From an archaeon (GTDB taxonomy: Archaea > Nanobdellota > Nanobdellia > Pacearchaeales > GW2011-AR1), in assembly GCA_043810775.1 (NCBI GenBank), contig JBDRNU010000003.1, forward strand, positions 1 to 64,000: DNA of 64,000 nucleotides. Reading direction: 5' to 3'. The notes beneath the pieces were generated by a model, which saw only the letters and a program-made list of their open reading frames with translations, searched no databases and was not told the DNA's origin. This document shows, one piece after another, positions 9,101 to 18,079 of this stretch. Both the position numbers and the translations under genes were made by a program. Within the stretch, counting starts at the first letter, position 1. Each line of letters begins with the position of its first letter.

Positions 9101-11404
9101 GCGCATGAGATTGAACCAGGAACATGTGGATTAGGCGGACAGCCTCCCCAATGTGATGGAGAAACTTACATTACTCAAGATACTTTAATAGGCATACTTT
9201 GTACTGACCAACTACCTCATCCAGTTGGAGGAGAGGCTTTATGGTATAGATATAGATATGCAGAGGATTGTGATGATTTAGAATTAGCTCAATGGACTGA
9301 TTGGATTGACCCTGCAGGAGAACTAAAGGAATTTAAATTTCCTGAAGATTCATGTCATGAATTAGAATATTATTGTGAAGATGCTCTTGGAAATGAAGAA
9401 GAACATCAATTTGAAATTGATATTGTAGATTCTCAAGCTCCAGTAATTGAGAAAGAAATTATTGGACCTTGGTTACCTTGCGATGGTTTAGTGGGAGCTG
9501 ATGGTGATGATGATGTAGAACCATTAGACTGTTTTTATATTGATGGAATTACAGAGATTCATGTAACTGTAACTGACCCAGAACCACATCCAGTTAATAA
9601 TGTAGACTGCAACTGGGAGTATTATTTAGATGGAAGCCAAACGCCAGAAGGTGGAGAAAGTAATGTAGGAGATTCATTTATAGTACAATTTCCAGAAGAA
9701 TCTGAGCATTTATTAGTAATCAACTGTTGGGATGCTTTAGGAAATAAAGTAATTGATGAAGAAATATTCAATGTAGACAAAACACCTCCAGCAATAACTA
9801 AAACTTATGGGGATCCGTATTACAGTGGAACTTTTAGAGTATGTGATGAAAGTATCGGAGAGCTATCAGCTGCTCACGGAGGAAATAATGATTGTATAGA
9901 ATACTGGGCTGAATGGATAAATTCTGAAACTCTAATAAAGATAAATATAGATGATGCAGGAGATCATAAAACAGGAATTAAGGAAGTTAAATATAGAAGT
10001 ATAATGAAATCTAATGAATCTTGCAGATATGAACAAAGGCCAGAAAGTAGTGATTATGACTGTTCAGAAGCAGATGATGCTATTGGAGAAGAATGGGATA
10101 CTGCAGAACTAGATGATAATAATAATTTTGAATTTACTATAGATGATGATTCATGCCACTTGATTGAGATAATGGCAACTGATAATGTTGATAAATGCAA
10201 CTTGCATAAACAGTGGGTATATGTAGATAATCAATCACCTATACCAATTAAGACAGTAGATGAGCCATCTACAGAATGGCAACCAGTTGATGTAGCTAGC
10301 AATCCACTTGACCCAGATGCAACTCATTTTTACCCTGAAATAGTACCATTATGTTGGAATGGACTAGAAAACAGTATTGACTGCTGGAAAGTAACTTTAG
10401 ATACTAAAATTTCAATGGAATGTGAAGATCCTCAACCTCATCCAGTTAATCATGAAAAAATATGCTTTAAAGTTGAAATGGATGGAGAAGATATAACTAA
10501 TGGTGATGGCTGTGGAAGAATGAAATGTGGAAGGCCAGATGGATATTGTGCAGAATACGGTGGAAAATATAATAGAACAACTGGATACTGCTGTACTGAT
10601 AAGGAAATAGAAGACTTTAAGTTCCTTGAAGAATCTGAACATAACTTAGCATTTTACTGTGAAGATGCATTAGGAAATCAAGGCCCTGTAGATGATGAAA
10701 AATTCAAAGTCATAGGAAAGCAGTTTAAAATCAGATTAAATGATAAATGGAATTTAATCTCTGTACCATTCAGACTATTAAATGATGACCCAGCAGAAGT
10801 ATTTGAAGATGCAGAATCTGTACAGACTGTATGGAGTTATGATGAAAATGGTGACTGGCATGTATATAGACCTGATCAACCAGAATTAGCTGACCTTGAT
10901 CATATAGTTCCAGGAGAAGGATACTGGGTGCTATCTGACTGTGAACAATTCCAAGGACATCCATGGGACTGGAGACACGGCTGTGGAAAAGACGGAGACA
11001 AGTGTGAAATGCTTACAGTCGGTGGAAGCTTATACAACCCAGGACCTGTAGTACCTCCAAGCAAAGAATTGCCAGAAGGATGGAACCTAATAGGATATTA
11101 TGGAACTGAAGATAGATGGAAATATGAGGGCCCAAATGCCTGGTATTTCCAAGATGGTAAAGACGCTTACTGTGAATTATACTCATTAAGAAACTTAGGA
11201 GGATTAGATCCTACTAAGTGGAGTGCTTTAATAGGCTATTGGGAACCTGAGAATCCAAATGCTTGGGAAGAGTATGGTTTCTGTGATGAACTAGATCCTG
11301 GAGCAGGCTACTGGATATCAATGGACGCAGAAGGAGACTATAAACCTTCAACAGTATGTGAAGGAATGTGGAATTCATTGTGCCAGATTCCGTTTTTAAC
11401 ATAA
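6152..11404 (+). CDS. Giant (~1750 aa) secreted acidic Cys-rich protein with repeated Ig-like (YYxxDxLGNxE) units, an inserted beta-propeller and a C-terminal WNLIS/GWNLIG domain; no C-terminal TM
   Basis: ATG 6152 preferred from promoter spacing; repeats D.TPP...YCEDALGN; propeller motifs GLTFDG, AMAYDS, GLAVGG; PGEGYWV and PGAGYWI. Confidence 0.85.
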   Translation: MKLLRDKRAALKFSMLIVGIFTIILVGAYSVSVIGQDIPVGEADTGVIIQSHDSYAELEPEWSVPSVDNDYTVKICNDGPDTIDEVRVYKNELYGGFDDSSACEPKTGWELNFINTKKACFYVAESSSYYIDGGECQDFEFHATAPSEDPVECLLQWKFETRDINDVWHTIYDTTSIDSHAPETTKTLGNPFYTDGTSEWISTSTPVTLTAVDMSLECAIGLDKTWYMNVIDLTENSCKYPDRSCTPITEFDTDFIKKSPRDEIKCVDEVQEYCIEEKQYEPNTEDWYDCVEEYVYGKCEVDPLWKLYRGVQVTKDEESCHIFQYFSVDYLGNAEEYQVNCFFVDDTPPVVDIEVGEPSVGCGDLIRLVVDDDGPEDCYVRDHVTPITLTCEDQGPHPSDNVKIYYRIFLDDVLAQGWALYDEPIIFNEDSEHTLEYYCVDAVDNYDGTENDPYSAEFKVDSQPPIIEKDMLGEENIDWMGDCPSGRYLEHGDCYVADNGRGGVSISVKDDDEQFPQCVVDNIKCNYTLYWQASREECAEVKGVWDDWCLVDSGDFTDYQEIIFHEDSTHQLDIYCEDALGNPIEDHEFFLVDSTPPVTAKVYGVPFFPEDINDPGAYPHFITSDSLITLNAKDAKVGVDKTYWRYIVVEDIWCQSEFSGCMNYDEDILEEFVEYKTPVTLPEDSCHLIEFYSVDLLGNEETYNRQCVFVDNKAPESIKKIGEPKVQSCNNDEPLVRAASVGDVVHELDVSLLDNPGYPHHCSVGLTFDGNSLYYDNCGDSNIYEIDPINGDLRNTFDTGISYPNAMAYDSKRNGIWFGSQSCVAGEMPIYFWDFDDDSVTLMFNVPDGELLYYCFTDGLAYNENDPNTDADDEIWFSDDVDDIIGLFRPDGTLVDTYNPTTIDSSLSRTSGLAVGGPNLYLGNNGGGDVFRADIDSWTALGEFASTSDRVEDMACDPVTFYPTEVMWVRHTPQSNPDDDIITAHEIEPGTCGLGGQPPQCDGETYITQDTLIGILCTDQLPHPVGGEALWYRYRYAEDCDDLELAQWTDWIDPAGELKEFKFPEDSCHELEYYCEDALGNEEEHQFEIDIVDSQAPVIEKEIIGPWLPCDGLVGADGDDDVEPLDCFYIDGITEIHVTVTDPEPHPVNNVDCNWEYYLDGSQTPEGGESNVGDSFIVQFPEESEHLLVINCWDALGNKVIDEEIFNVDKTPPAITKTYGDPYYSGTFRVCDESIGELSAAHGGNNDCIEYWAEWINSETLIKINIDDAGDHKTGIKEVKYRSIMKSNESCRYEQRPESSDYDCSEADDAIGEEWDTAELDDNNNFEFTIDDDSCHLIEIMATDNVDKCNLHKQWVYVDNQSPIPIKTVDEPSTEWQPVDVASNPLDPDATHFYPEIVPLCWNGLENSIDCWKVTLDTKISMECEDPQPHPVNHEKICFKVEMDGEDITNGDGCGRMKCGRPDGYCAEYGGKYNRTTGYCCTDKEIEDFKFLEESEHNLAFYCEDALGNQGPVDDEKFKVIGKQFKIRLNDKWNLISVPFRLLNDDPAEVFEDAESVQTVWSYDENGDWHVYRPDQPELADLDHIVPGEGYWVLSDCEQFQGHPWDWRHGCGKDGDKCEMLTVGGSLYNPGPVVPPSKELPEGWNLIGYYGTEDRWKYEGPNAWYFQDGKDAYCELYSLRNLGGLDPTKWSALIGYWEPENPNAWEEYGFCDELDPGAGYWISMDAEGDYKPSTVCEGMWNSLCQIPFLT

Positions 11405-11448
11405 GAGTTAAATTCTTAAATACTAACTTATTTAAAATTTAGACTAAG

Positions 11449-12495
11449 ATGAAAGGAAAATTAGTTTTATTATTTTTAGGGGTGTTGCTTGTAGCTAGCG
11501 TTGTGTCAGCTATTCCCGGAATTCCCCACCAGTTTTACGGCCAAGTTACAGTTAATGGTCAGCCTGCTAATAATAATATACTAAAAGCTGTTTGTGAAGG
11601 TGATGAATATATAACTCTTTCTTTAGAAGGCAAGTATGGATATAATCCTAATATTTTTTATGTAGCTGATCCTGATGGAGACAGAATGGGACAGACAATT
11701 ACTTTTTATTTAGGTAGCAAGAAGGTAGGAGAAACTAAATTTGTAAATAATGAGCTTACAGAATTGAATATAGCTACTACAACTACTTGTGGTGATAGCT
11801 ACTGCTTAGGAGATGAAACATGCACAAGTTGCTCGCAAGATTGTGGAATATGTACTGATCCTCCAATAATTAATATAATTTCTCCTGAAGCTAAAGATTA
11901 TGATAGTGATAAAATTGATCTAAAAGTTACATCTGATCAAAATATACTAATCTGGATGTATTCTTTAAATGGCAAGAGCTTTGTAACTTTTACTCCTGAT
12001 ATAATTATTACGGCTGAAGAAGGAGAAAATGATCTTACTGTTATAGGATTAAACAGTGTTTTCTTAACTGGGCAGAATTCAGTTAAGTTTACAGTAACTT
12101 TAAGTTATTGCGGCAATGGTATTTGCGATGTAGATAAGGGAGAATCATGTTCAAGTTGCTCGGTAGATTGCGGAGCTTGCTCAAGTGGAGATACTGGAGG
12201 AAGTAGTAGTGGTGGAGGAAGTGGAAGTTCTGGAGGAGGCGGGGCAGGAGGAGGTATTTTGCCACCTGCTCAAAATTTAGTTCAGCAAACTGGAGATGAT
12301 GAAAGTAATGCAACAGAAGATTCGCAAGGAAACTTGCAAGAGCCAACTACTCAAGAAGCTAACCCAGGAATATTGGGCGCTGTTCTTGGGCTTGGAGGAA
12401 GAATAGGAAATCCTGGATTAATAATTGCAGGATTTGTTATAGCTATTATAATTATTTCTTTAATTGTAGCCTATATAAGGGAGAAGAGAAAATAA
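11449..12495 (+). CDS. Small anchored surface protein (IPHQFYG.V.VNG domain, CGD..C...E.C.SC..DC repeats, Gly linker, GAVLGLGGRIGN-TM-basic tail)
   Basis: Signal peptide; two Cys-rich repeats; C-terminal TM plus REKRK. Confidence 0.85.
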   Translation: MKGKLVLLFLGVLLVASVVSAIPGIPHQFYGQVTVNGQPANNNILKAVCEGDEYITLSLEGKYGYNPNIFYVADPDGDRMGQTITFYLGSKKVGETKFVNNELTELNIATTTTCGDSYCLGDETCTSCSQDCGICTDPPIINIISPEAKDYDSDKIDLKVTSDQNILIWMYSLNGKSFVTFTPDIIITAEEGENDLTVIGLNSVFLTGQNSVKFTVTLSYCGNGICDVDKGESCSSCSVDCGACSSGDTGGSSSGGGSGSSGGGGAGGGILPPAQNLVQQTGDDESNATEDSQGNLQEPTTQEANPGILGAVLGLGGRIGNPGLIIAGFVIAIIIISLIVAYIREKRK

Positions 12496-12496
12496 A

Positions 12497-12985
12497 ATGG
12501 CAGACTTACAAAGTTATCGTGAAAGTTTATTAATAGCACTTGATAAACCAAGGAGTTCTTTAGGATTAACTATTGATGAAGTTGTTGAAGAACAAACTAC
12601 AATTTTTGAACAGATGAGAGATTATGCTGAACAACATGATTTAACTGAAGATCCTTTATATGATAAGGCAAGAGAAGCTTATGATGGAGAAGTAAAAAAA
12701 GATGAATTAGCTATTAAGGAATGGTTAGACAAATCAAAAAAAGAAAAAAGAAATAATACTAATAAATGGAAAGATTTTGCTCAGTATAGGAAAAAAGGGA
12801 GAAAAGGAACTGCTCCAGAAATGGAACTTGAAAATTATGAAGTTTGGAAGATTTTACATATGAGGCAGGATTCTGAGGGTAATTTACTTTCTTCTGATGG
12901 TAATCGTAGAGTAACATTGGCTCAAATAAGAGATGGTAGTTTTAGAAATCATTATGAATATCCTGGGGAGGATCAAATAAGATGA
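12497..12985 (+). CDS. Hypothetical cytoplasmic protein coupled to kinase
   Basis: 162-aa charged ORF; starts 2 nt after upstream stop; ATGA overlap with kinase. Confidence 0.7.
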   Translation: MADLQSYRESLLIALDKPRSSLGLTIDEVVEEQTTIFEQMRDYAEQHDLTEDPLYDKAREAYDGEVKKDELAIKEWLDKSKKEKRNNTNKWKDFAQYRKKGRKGTAPEMELENYEVWKILHMRQDSEGNLLSSDGNRRVTLAQIRDGSFRNHYEYPGEDQIR

Positions 12986-13791
12986 GTTCTGAATTAATTC
13001 AACATGCAAATGAAGTAATGGATTCAGGAGATAAAAGATATAATATTACTGAAATTATTGGAGAAGGGGGTTTTGCTTGGGTATTTAAAGCAAGAGATAG
13101 AAGAGAGGGAAAAGATGTTGCAGTAAAAATAGGTAAATCCTCTTATGATTCTGAATTAAATAAATTATTTGATAAAGAGGGGTTTTTGTTAGAAAATCCT
13201 CACCCAAATTTAGTTGAAGTATATGATATAATGAATTTAAGTGGATTTCCAGTGATGGTAATGGAATTAGCAGAAAGTAATCTTCAAGTTCATAATTTAA
13301 GAAGGGTTTTTGATTTAGAAGGTGTTTGTGAAGTGATGAATCCTATTTGTAGTGCTGCTGATTTTTTGCATTCACAAGGAAAAACTCACAGAGACTTAAA
13401 GCCAAGTAATATTCTTGTTTGTAAGGGGGTATATAAAATTGCTGATTTAGGCAGTGCAGGTGCTACAGGAACTACAAGTTCAGCGCATGGAACTGATAGT
13501 TACAGAGCTATTGAGAGTTTTTGGGCAGAGGGAAAAAATCCTGAATTCTTTAAGGAGTCAGACGTATACTCTCTAGGTGTAATAACTTATTTTTTATTAA
13601 CTAAAAAAACTCCATTTTCTGTTAAGTTTAAAAGTGAAAAAAAAGATGAAAATTTTATGAGAGATATGTGTAAAAAGATTGGTGCCGAAGAAAGATTAAC
13701 TGAGACTATTGTTAGAGCCACACATCCTGATTACCATAAAAGATTTCATTCAGCAGGAGAATTATACTCAGCAATTAAATCTCTAACATAA
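12982..13791 (+). CDS. Hanks-type Ser/Thr protein kinase, soluble single domain
   Basis: GEGGFAWV, VAVK, HRDLKPSN, DLG, GT..Y.A.E, SDVYSLG. Confidence 0.92.
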   Translation: MSSELIQHANEVMDSGDKRYNITEIIGEGGFAWVFKARDRREGKDVAVKIGKSSYDSELNKLFDKEGFLLENPHPNLVEVYDIMNLSGFPVMVMELAESNLQVHNLRRVFDLEGVCEVMNPICSAADFLHSQGKTHRDLKPSNILVCKGVYKIADLGSAGATGTTSSAHGTDSYRAIESFWAEGKNPEFFKESDVYSLGVITYFLLTKKTPFSVKFKSEKKDENFMRDMCKKIGAEERLTETIVRATHPDYHKRFHSAGELYSAIKSLT

Positions 13792-13825
13792 TAAATCTGT
13801 AATTTTTCATTAGTTCTTAGTAAGA

Positions 13826-13884
13826 AAAAAATTTATATTATTTTTTGCAACAATCTTTAAATAGTAAGGCGCTGTAACTTTCTT
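13826..13884 (+). promoter_or_regulatory. Second copy of the giant-protein promoter
   Basis: AAATTTATATTATTTTTTGCAACAATCTTTAAATAGTAA aligns with 6095-6133. Confidence 0.7.
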
Positions 13885-16800
13885 ATGACTAACGGAAAAA
13901 AAATTGGTGTATTATTAATTACGCTACTAATTTTTGCAGGTATTTCTAGTTTAGTAGCTGCAGATGATGATATTTTTCCAAAAGAATTACCTATAGGCGC
14001 GTTCTGCGCTCCAAAAGATACAACTGCACCTGACTGCAATATTAATTATCTTGAGCAAAAAGATTCTCACAATGAATATGATTTTGATTCTAGCTCAATT
14101 TACCTCAGTGAAGATGGGAAATTCTATATTTACGGAGATGCAGAAGACAGCCAAAGCAGTGTAGTTAATGTGCAGTGGAATAGAACCAGCCCTGACCAGG
14201 ATTATTATCATATTTTTGAAAATGCTGTTGCTGACGACGGCGCTTTTAATGAAAAAGAGGAAGAGTGGTACAGCCAGGACTGGGAATCTACATTTGAAGA
14301 TGGCTGGCATTATATTTGCTGCAGGTCAGTAGATGCTGCAAATAATGTGGAAATTCCAGATGAAGATGACTGTGTAGCTTTCTGCATTGATAGAAATAAT
14401 CCTGGAATTGTAGAAAATGTTATTCATTCAAATCCTTCAGATTGTGTAAGCAATTATGTAAATGAAGCTCCTGAATTTTCATGGGATGAAGCTGAAGATG
14501 AGGGATGCGCAGGAATTGATTATTATGAAGTAAGGGTTTATTTTTCAAATAGTACTCTCTATTATGGCTTGGAGACACTAGATACTGAAATGAGTGTAGC
14601 AAATCCAGAAAATGGAGAAGATTATTATATTGAGGTAAGAGCTGTTGACAAAGCTGGAAATAAAGGATTATGGTCTGATAAGTCAGAAGATGTTTATTAT
14701 GATAATGAAAATCCTCAAGTTGAAATAACTGGAGAAGCCTGGGATGAATGGTATAATGATGATTTCTCTATATTTGAAGAAGATTCAGATAATCTTGCAT
14801 TATGGAAATGCCAGATAGCAATAAGCGGAGATGGCTCTGAGCCTGATGAGTATATGGATGTTGAATGTAATTCTGAATTTTCAGTTGATATTTCTGAATA
14901 CTGTCCTGAAGATGGAGAAAATGTATGCTGGATTAGAAAAAAAGTAATAGATAATGCCTGCAATGAAAATAGTGAAGGGCATAAATGGGATTTGGACAGA
15001 ACTCCCCCTACTACAATAAAAACAGTTTCAGATCCAAAATATCCTGGATTTGAGTGGATGGATTATTTAATTGACTGGTTCATTAAACCAGAAACTACAA
15101 TAACCTTCAGCTGTGAGGATGGTGATGGAAGCGGGTGTGATAATACTTATTATAGAATTAATGGTGGAGAGTGGGAAGAATATGATGGCCCATTTAGTGT
15201 AGGAGAAGATGATGGAGTCTATGAACTTGAATATTATTCTGAAGATATGATAGGAAATGAAGAAGAACCTCAAGAGGAAATTGACAAGATAGATACAGAA
15301 GCTCCAGTAACTAGCAAAACTTATGAAGGACCTCAATATTCAGCTTATAGAATTATTCCAGAATTTGATTTAAATGTATGGATGAGGTATATTTCAGGGG
15401 CAACTGAAATAGCATTAGAAGCTGAAGATTCTGAAGTTGGAGTAGATAAGACTTATGTTCAAATATTAGTTCCTGGCGGAGAGGACCATGAAGAGTGGTA
15501 TGGGCAAGAAACAGAAACCTGGTTTGAAAATGAATTAGAATGTATTGAAGATAATTGTGATCAAGAATTTGAGTGCCAGGGAGAAGTTACATTAGAGTGT
15601 ACTTACTTTGAGGATAATCTTGAATGCTCAGATGCAGGATGTGATTGGAATACTGAATATGATTGTTTAGGAAGCCCTGTAGGAGCTTGTGATGGAGATA
15701 ATCAAAATGATTGTGAAGATACAGACGGATGTTCATGGGAAGATCCTATAACTGGCGGGTGTGAAGGAGTTATTGACTGTTACGCAATTGGAGAGGATGA
15801 ACTTGCTTGTAATCAGGCAGGATGCAACTGGTGTCCTGATACTAAATGTTATGGAAGCCCACAGCAAACTTGCGCTCAATTTGTAGATGAAACACTATGT
15901 GGAAATGTAGGATGTACCTGGACTGATCCTATAGATGGAGGATGTGCAGGAAGCCCTGTAGGAGCTTGTGATGGAGATAATCAAAATGATTGTGAAGATA
16001 CAGACGGATGTTCATGGGAATCAGTAGGAGGAGATTGTAGTGGAGAAGTAGATATAGAATGTGGAGATTATGGAGAAGAAGCTTGTGAAGATGTTCCTGA
16101 TTGTGCATGGCTACCAAAGGAAGTTCAAGAGTGCCCTGAATGCATATCAACTTTATGGCAAGTAACAGATGAGTTTGAATACAACACCCCATTTACAGTA
16201 GATGAAACCTGCGATCATAAAGTATGCTACTATTCAACTGATTTATTAGGAAATGCTGAAGATGAAAAATGCCAGGTTTTCAGCGTCGATAATACTGCTC
16301 CTGAAATAATAATATTAAATCCAACTGAACAAGAAGCTGAAAATGTAGAAAAATGCATCCAGAGTGTAGTAGCTTTAGTGAGTGATGATAAGAGCGGAGT
16401 AAAGAGTGTATGGGCTGAATTATATGATGGTGATGATTTATTAAGAAATGTCAGCATGAAAAAAACAATATACGGAACTTACGAAGCTCTGATGGACAAG
16501 CAACTGCCAGCTGGAGAGTATAATTTAATAGTGAAAGCCAAGGATAATGTTGATAATATTGGAGAGGAATTAATTAGTGAAATGCTTATAGAAACAATAT
16601 TCGTAGAATATATTAGTCCTGCTCAATGCCAGATTGATCCTGAACAAGGAGGAAACTGCGACTTTACATTCCATATATGCATGAGGGGAGATAATTCAAT
16701 GCAAATGTGGATGAACAAGCTTGGAGGAGTAGTTACTCCAGATATGATGAATGCAATGATTTCATCAAATGGAGATGAAACTTTTGTAGGATTAAAGCAT

Positions 16801-16977
16801 GATGATTTTGAGAGTGATGCAGGTGTACTAATGCTAGGAAATGAGTGCGAAGAGATTAATGGAAGAACCACTTTTGATTTAAGCCTTGACCTAGATGAAG
16901 ATACTGCAGGAATGTTAGGAGCTGGAGCTCATGAACTAGAGTACTGGCTTAAATCTTCAATGACTTGTGAAGATTAA
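13885..16977 (+). CDS. Large (1030 aa) secreted acidic protein with Ig/FN3-like units and an inserted array of C.G....C......C...GC.W repeats; no C-terminal TM
   Basis: Signal peptide; VRAVDKAGN, YYSEDMIGNEE, YYSTDLLGNAE; Cys-Trp repeats. Confidence 0.85.
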   Translation: MTNGKKIGVLLITLLIFAGISSLVAADDDIFPKELPIGAFCAPKDTTAPDCNINYLEQKDSHNEYDFDSSSIYLSEDGKFYIYGDAEDSQSSVVNVQWNRTSPDQDYYHIFENAVADDGAFNEKEEEWYSQDWESTFEDGWHYICCRSVDAANNVEIPDEDDCVAFCIDRNNPGIVENVIHSNPSDCVSNYVNEAPEFSWDEAEDEGCAGIDYYEVRVYFSNSTLYYGLETLDTEMSVANPENGEDYYIEVRAVDKAGNKGLWSDKSEDVYYDNENPQVEITGEAWDEWYNDDFSIFEEDSDNLALWKCQIAISGDGSEPDEYMDVECNSEFSVDISEYCPEDGENVCWIRKKVIDNACNENSEGHKWDLDRTPPTTIKTVSDPKYPGFEWMDYLIDWFIKPETTITFSCEDGDGSGCDNTYYRINGGEWEEYDGPFSVGEDDGVYELEYYSEDMIGNEEEPQEEIDKIDTEAPVTSKTYEGPQYSAYRIIPEFDLNVWMRYISGATEIALEAEDSEVGVDKTYVQILVPGGEDHEEWYGQETETWFENELECIEDNCDQEFECQGEVTLECTYFEDNLECSDAGCDWNTEYDCLGSPVGACDGDNQNDCEDTDGCSWEDPITGGCEGVIDCYAIGEDELACNQAGCNWCPDTKCYGSPQQTCAQFVDETLCGNVGCTWTDPIDGGCAGSPVGACDGDNQNDCEDTDGCSWESVGGDCSGEVDIECGDYGEEACEDVPDCAWLPKEVQECPECISTLWQVTDEFEYNTPFTVDETCDHKVCYYSTDLLGNAEDEKCQVFSVDNTAPEIIILNPTEQEAENVEKCIQSVVALVSDDKSGVKSVWAELYDGDDLLRNVSMKKTIYGTYEALMDKQLPAGEYNLIVKAKDNVDNIGEELISEMLIETIFVEYISPAQCQIDPEQGGNCDFTFHICMRGDNSMQMWMNKLGGVVTPDMMNAMISSNGDETFVGLKHDDFESDAGVLMLGNECEEINGRTTFDLSLDLDEDTAGMLGAGAHELEYWLKSSMTCED
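15669..16020 (+). repeat. Exact 73-nt intragenic direct repeat (15669-15741 and 15948-16020)
   Basis: AGGAAGCCCTGTAGG...TTCATGGGAA twice, 279 nt apart; encodes GSPVGACDGDNQNDCEDTDGCSWE. Confidence 0.95.
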
Positions 16978-17009
16978 ATCTATTAATTTATCTAGAGAAA
17001 ATTTCAAAC

Positions 17010-17666
17010 ATGACAAAAAAGAGTTTTTTATTAATATTAGCATTTTTACTAGCTAGCACTTTTGTTCTTGGAGCAGATTATCATGGAAGCTTGAATGTTG
17101 ATGTAGGTGATGGGACAATTATTATTGGACCTCCTCAAGGCGAGACATGCACTGAAGACTGGAGCTGTTCATATTGGAACAGCTGTACAAATAATCTTCA
17201 GAGTTTCATATGTGTAGACTGTAATGCGTGCGGAACTTATGATTTAAGGCCAGCTACTTGCGGAAATACTACAAGCTGTGATGCTGGCGGAACAACAGTA
17301 ATTGGTGGAGGGGGTGGTGGAGGAAGTGGAGATGATGATGACAATGATGATGGGATATTATTAAGCAGTAAGGCCTGCACTGAATTATGGAGCTGTGGAG
17401 ACTGGTCAACATGTCAAGATGGTAAGGAAGTTAGAACCTGCTCTGATAAAAACAAGTGCGGAACTACTAGCTTAAAGCCAGTTAGTGAAAGAGAGTGCGA
17501 AGGACTTTTGACAGGAAATACAGAAGACCAAAGCGGAGGAAGCTTATTGGGCGCTGTTCTTGGGCTTGGAGGAAGAATAGGGAATATTGGATTATCCTTA
17601 TTATTTATAGTAGTTATACTGGCTGCACTAATAGTTTTAGTTCTACTTAGAAAAAAAACAGGGTGA
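17010..17666 (+). CDS. Small anchored surface protein with two Cys-rich W.C..W..C repeats and GAVLGLGGRIGN-TM-basic tail
   Basis: Signal peptide; CTEDWSCSYW, CTELWSCGDWSTC; TM plus RKK. Confidence 0.85.
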   Translation: MTKKSFLLILAFLLASTFVLGADYHGSLNVDVGDGTIIIGPPQGETCTEDWSCSYWNSCTNNLQSFICVDCNACGTYDLRPATCGNTTSCDAGGTTVIGGGGGGGSGDDDDNDDGILLSSKACTELWSCGDWSTCQDGKEVRTCSDKNKCGTTSLKPVSERECEGLLTGNTEDQSGGSLLGAVLGLGGRIGNIGLSLLFIVVILAALIVLVLLRKKTG

Positions 17667-17667
17667 A

Positions 17668-18072
17668 ATGATATCTTGGCTTGAAAGGAATAAGAGCATA
17701 TCTTGGGCTATTACTTTAATAATAGCTATAATTATTTTTTATGTTTCTTCTTTAAGCTTTAAAGCAGGTGAAGGTGGAAGCAACTTAAATGCTATTCTTT
17801 ATCATTTAGTTATATTCTTTATACTGGGTTTTTTCTTGCTAATCTCCTTGCTAGGAGGCAAGAAAAAATATCTTATACTCTGCTTGGGAATTTTGGCGGC
17901 AGTATTCTATGCCTTGCTTGATGAAATTCACCAATTTTTTGTGCCTGGAAGATACAGCAGCATTAGCGATGTTCTCGTCGACAGTTTAGGAATAATATAC
18001 GCTGCAATGATATATTTCATAATTATAAAATATAGGGAAAATAAGAATGTCTTTCCTTATTTTAAAGAATAA
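17668..18072 (+). CDS. VanZ family membrane protein
   Basis: YH...FF.LG, YALLDEIHQFFVPGR.SS..DV..D..G. Confidence 0.88.
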   Translation: MISWLERNKSISWAITLIIAIIIFYVSSLSFKAGEGGSNLNAILYHLVIFFILGFFLLISLLGGKKKYLILCLGILAAVFYALLDEIHQFFVPGRYSSISDVLVDSLGIIYAAMIYFIIIKYRENKNVFPYFKE

Positions 18073-18079
18073 TTCTTCA

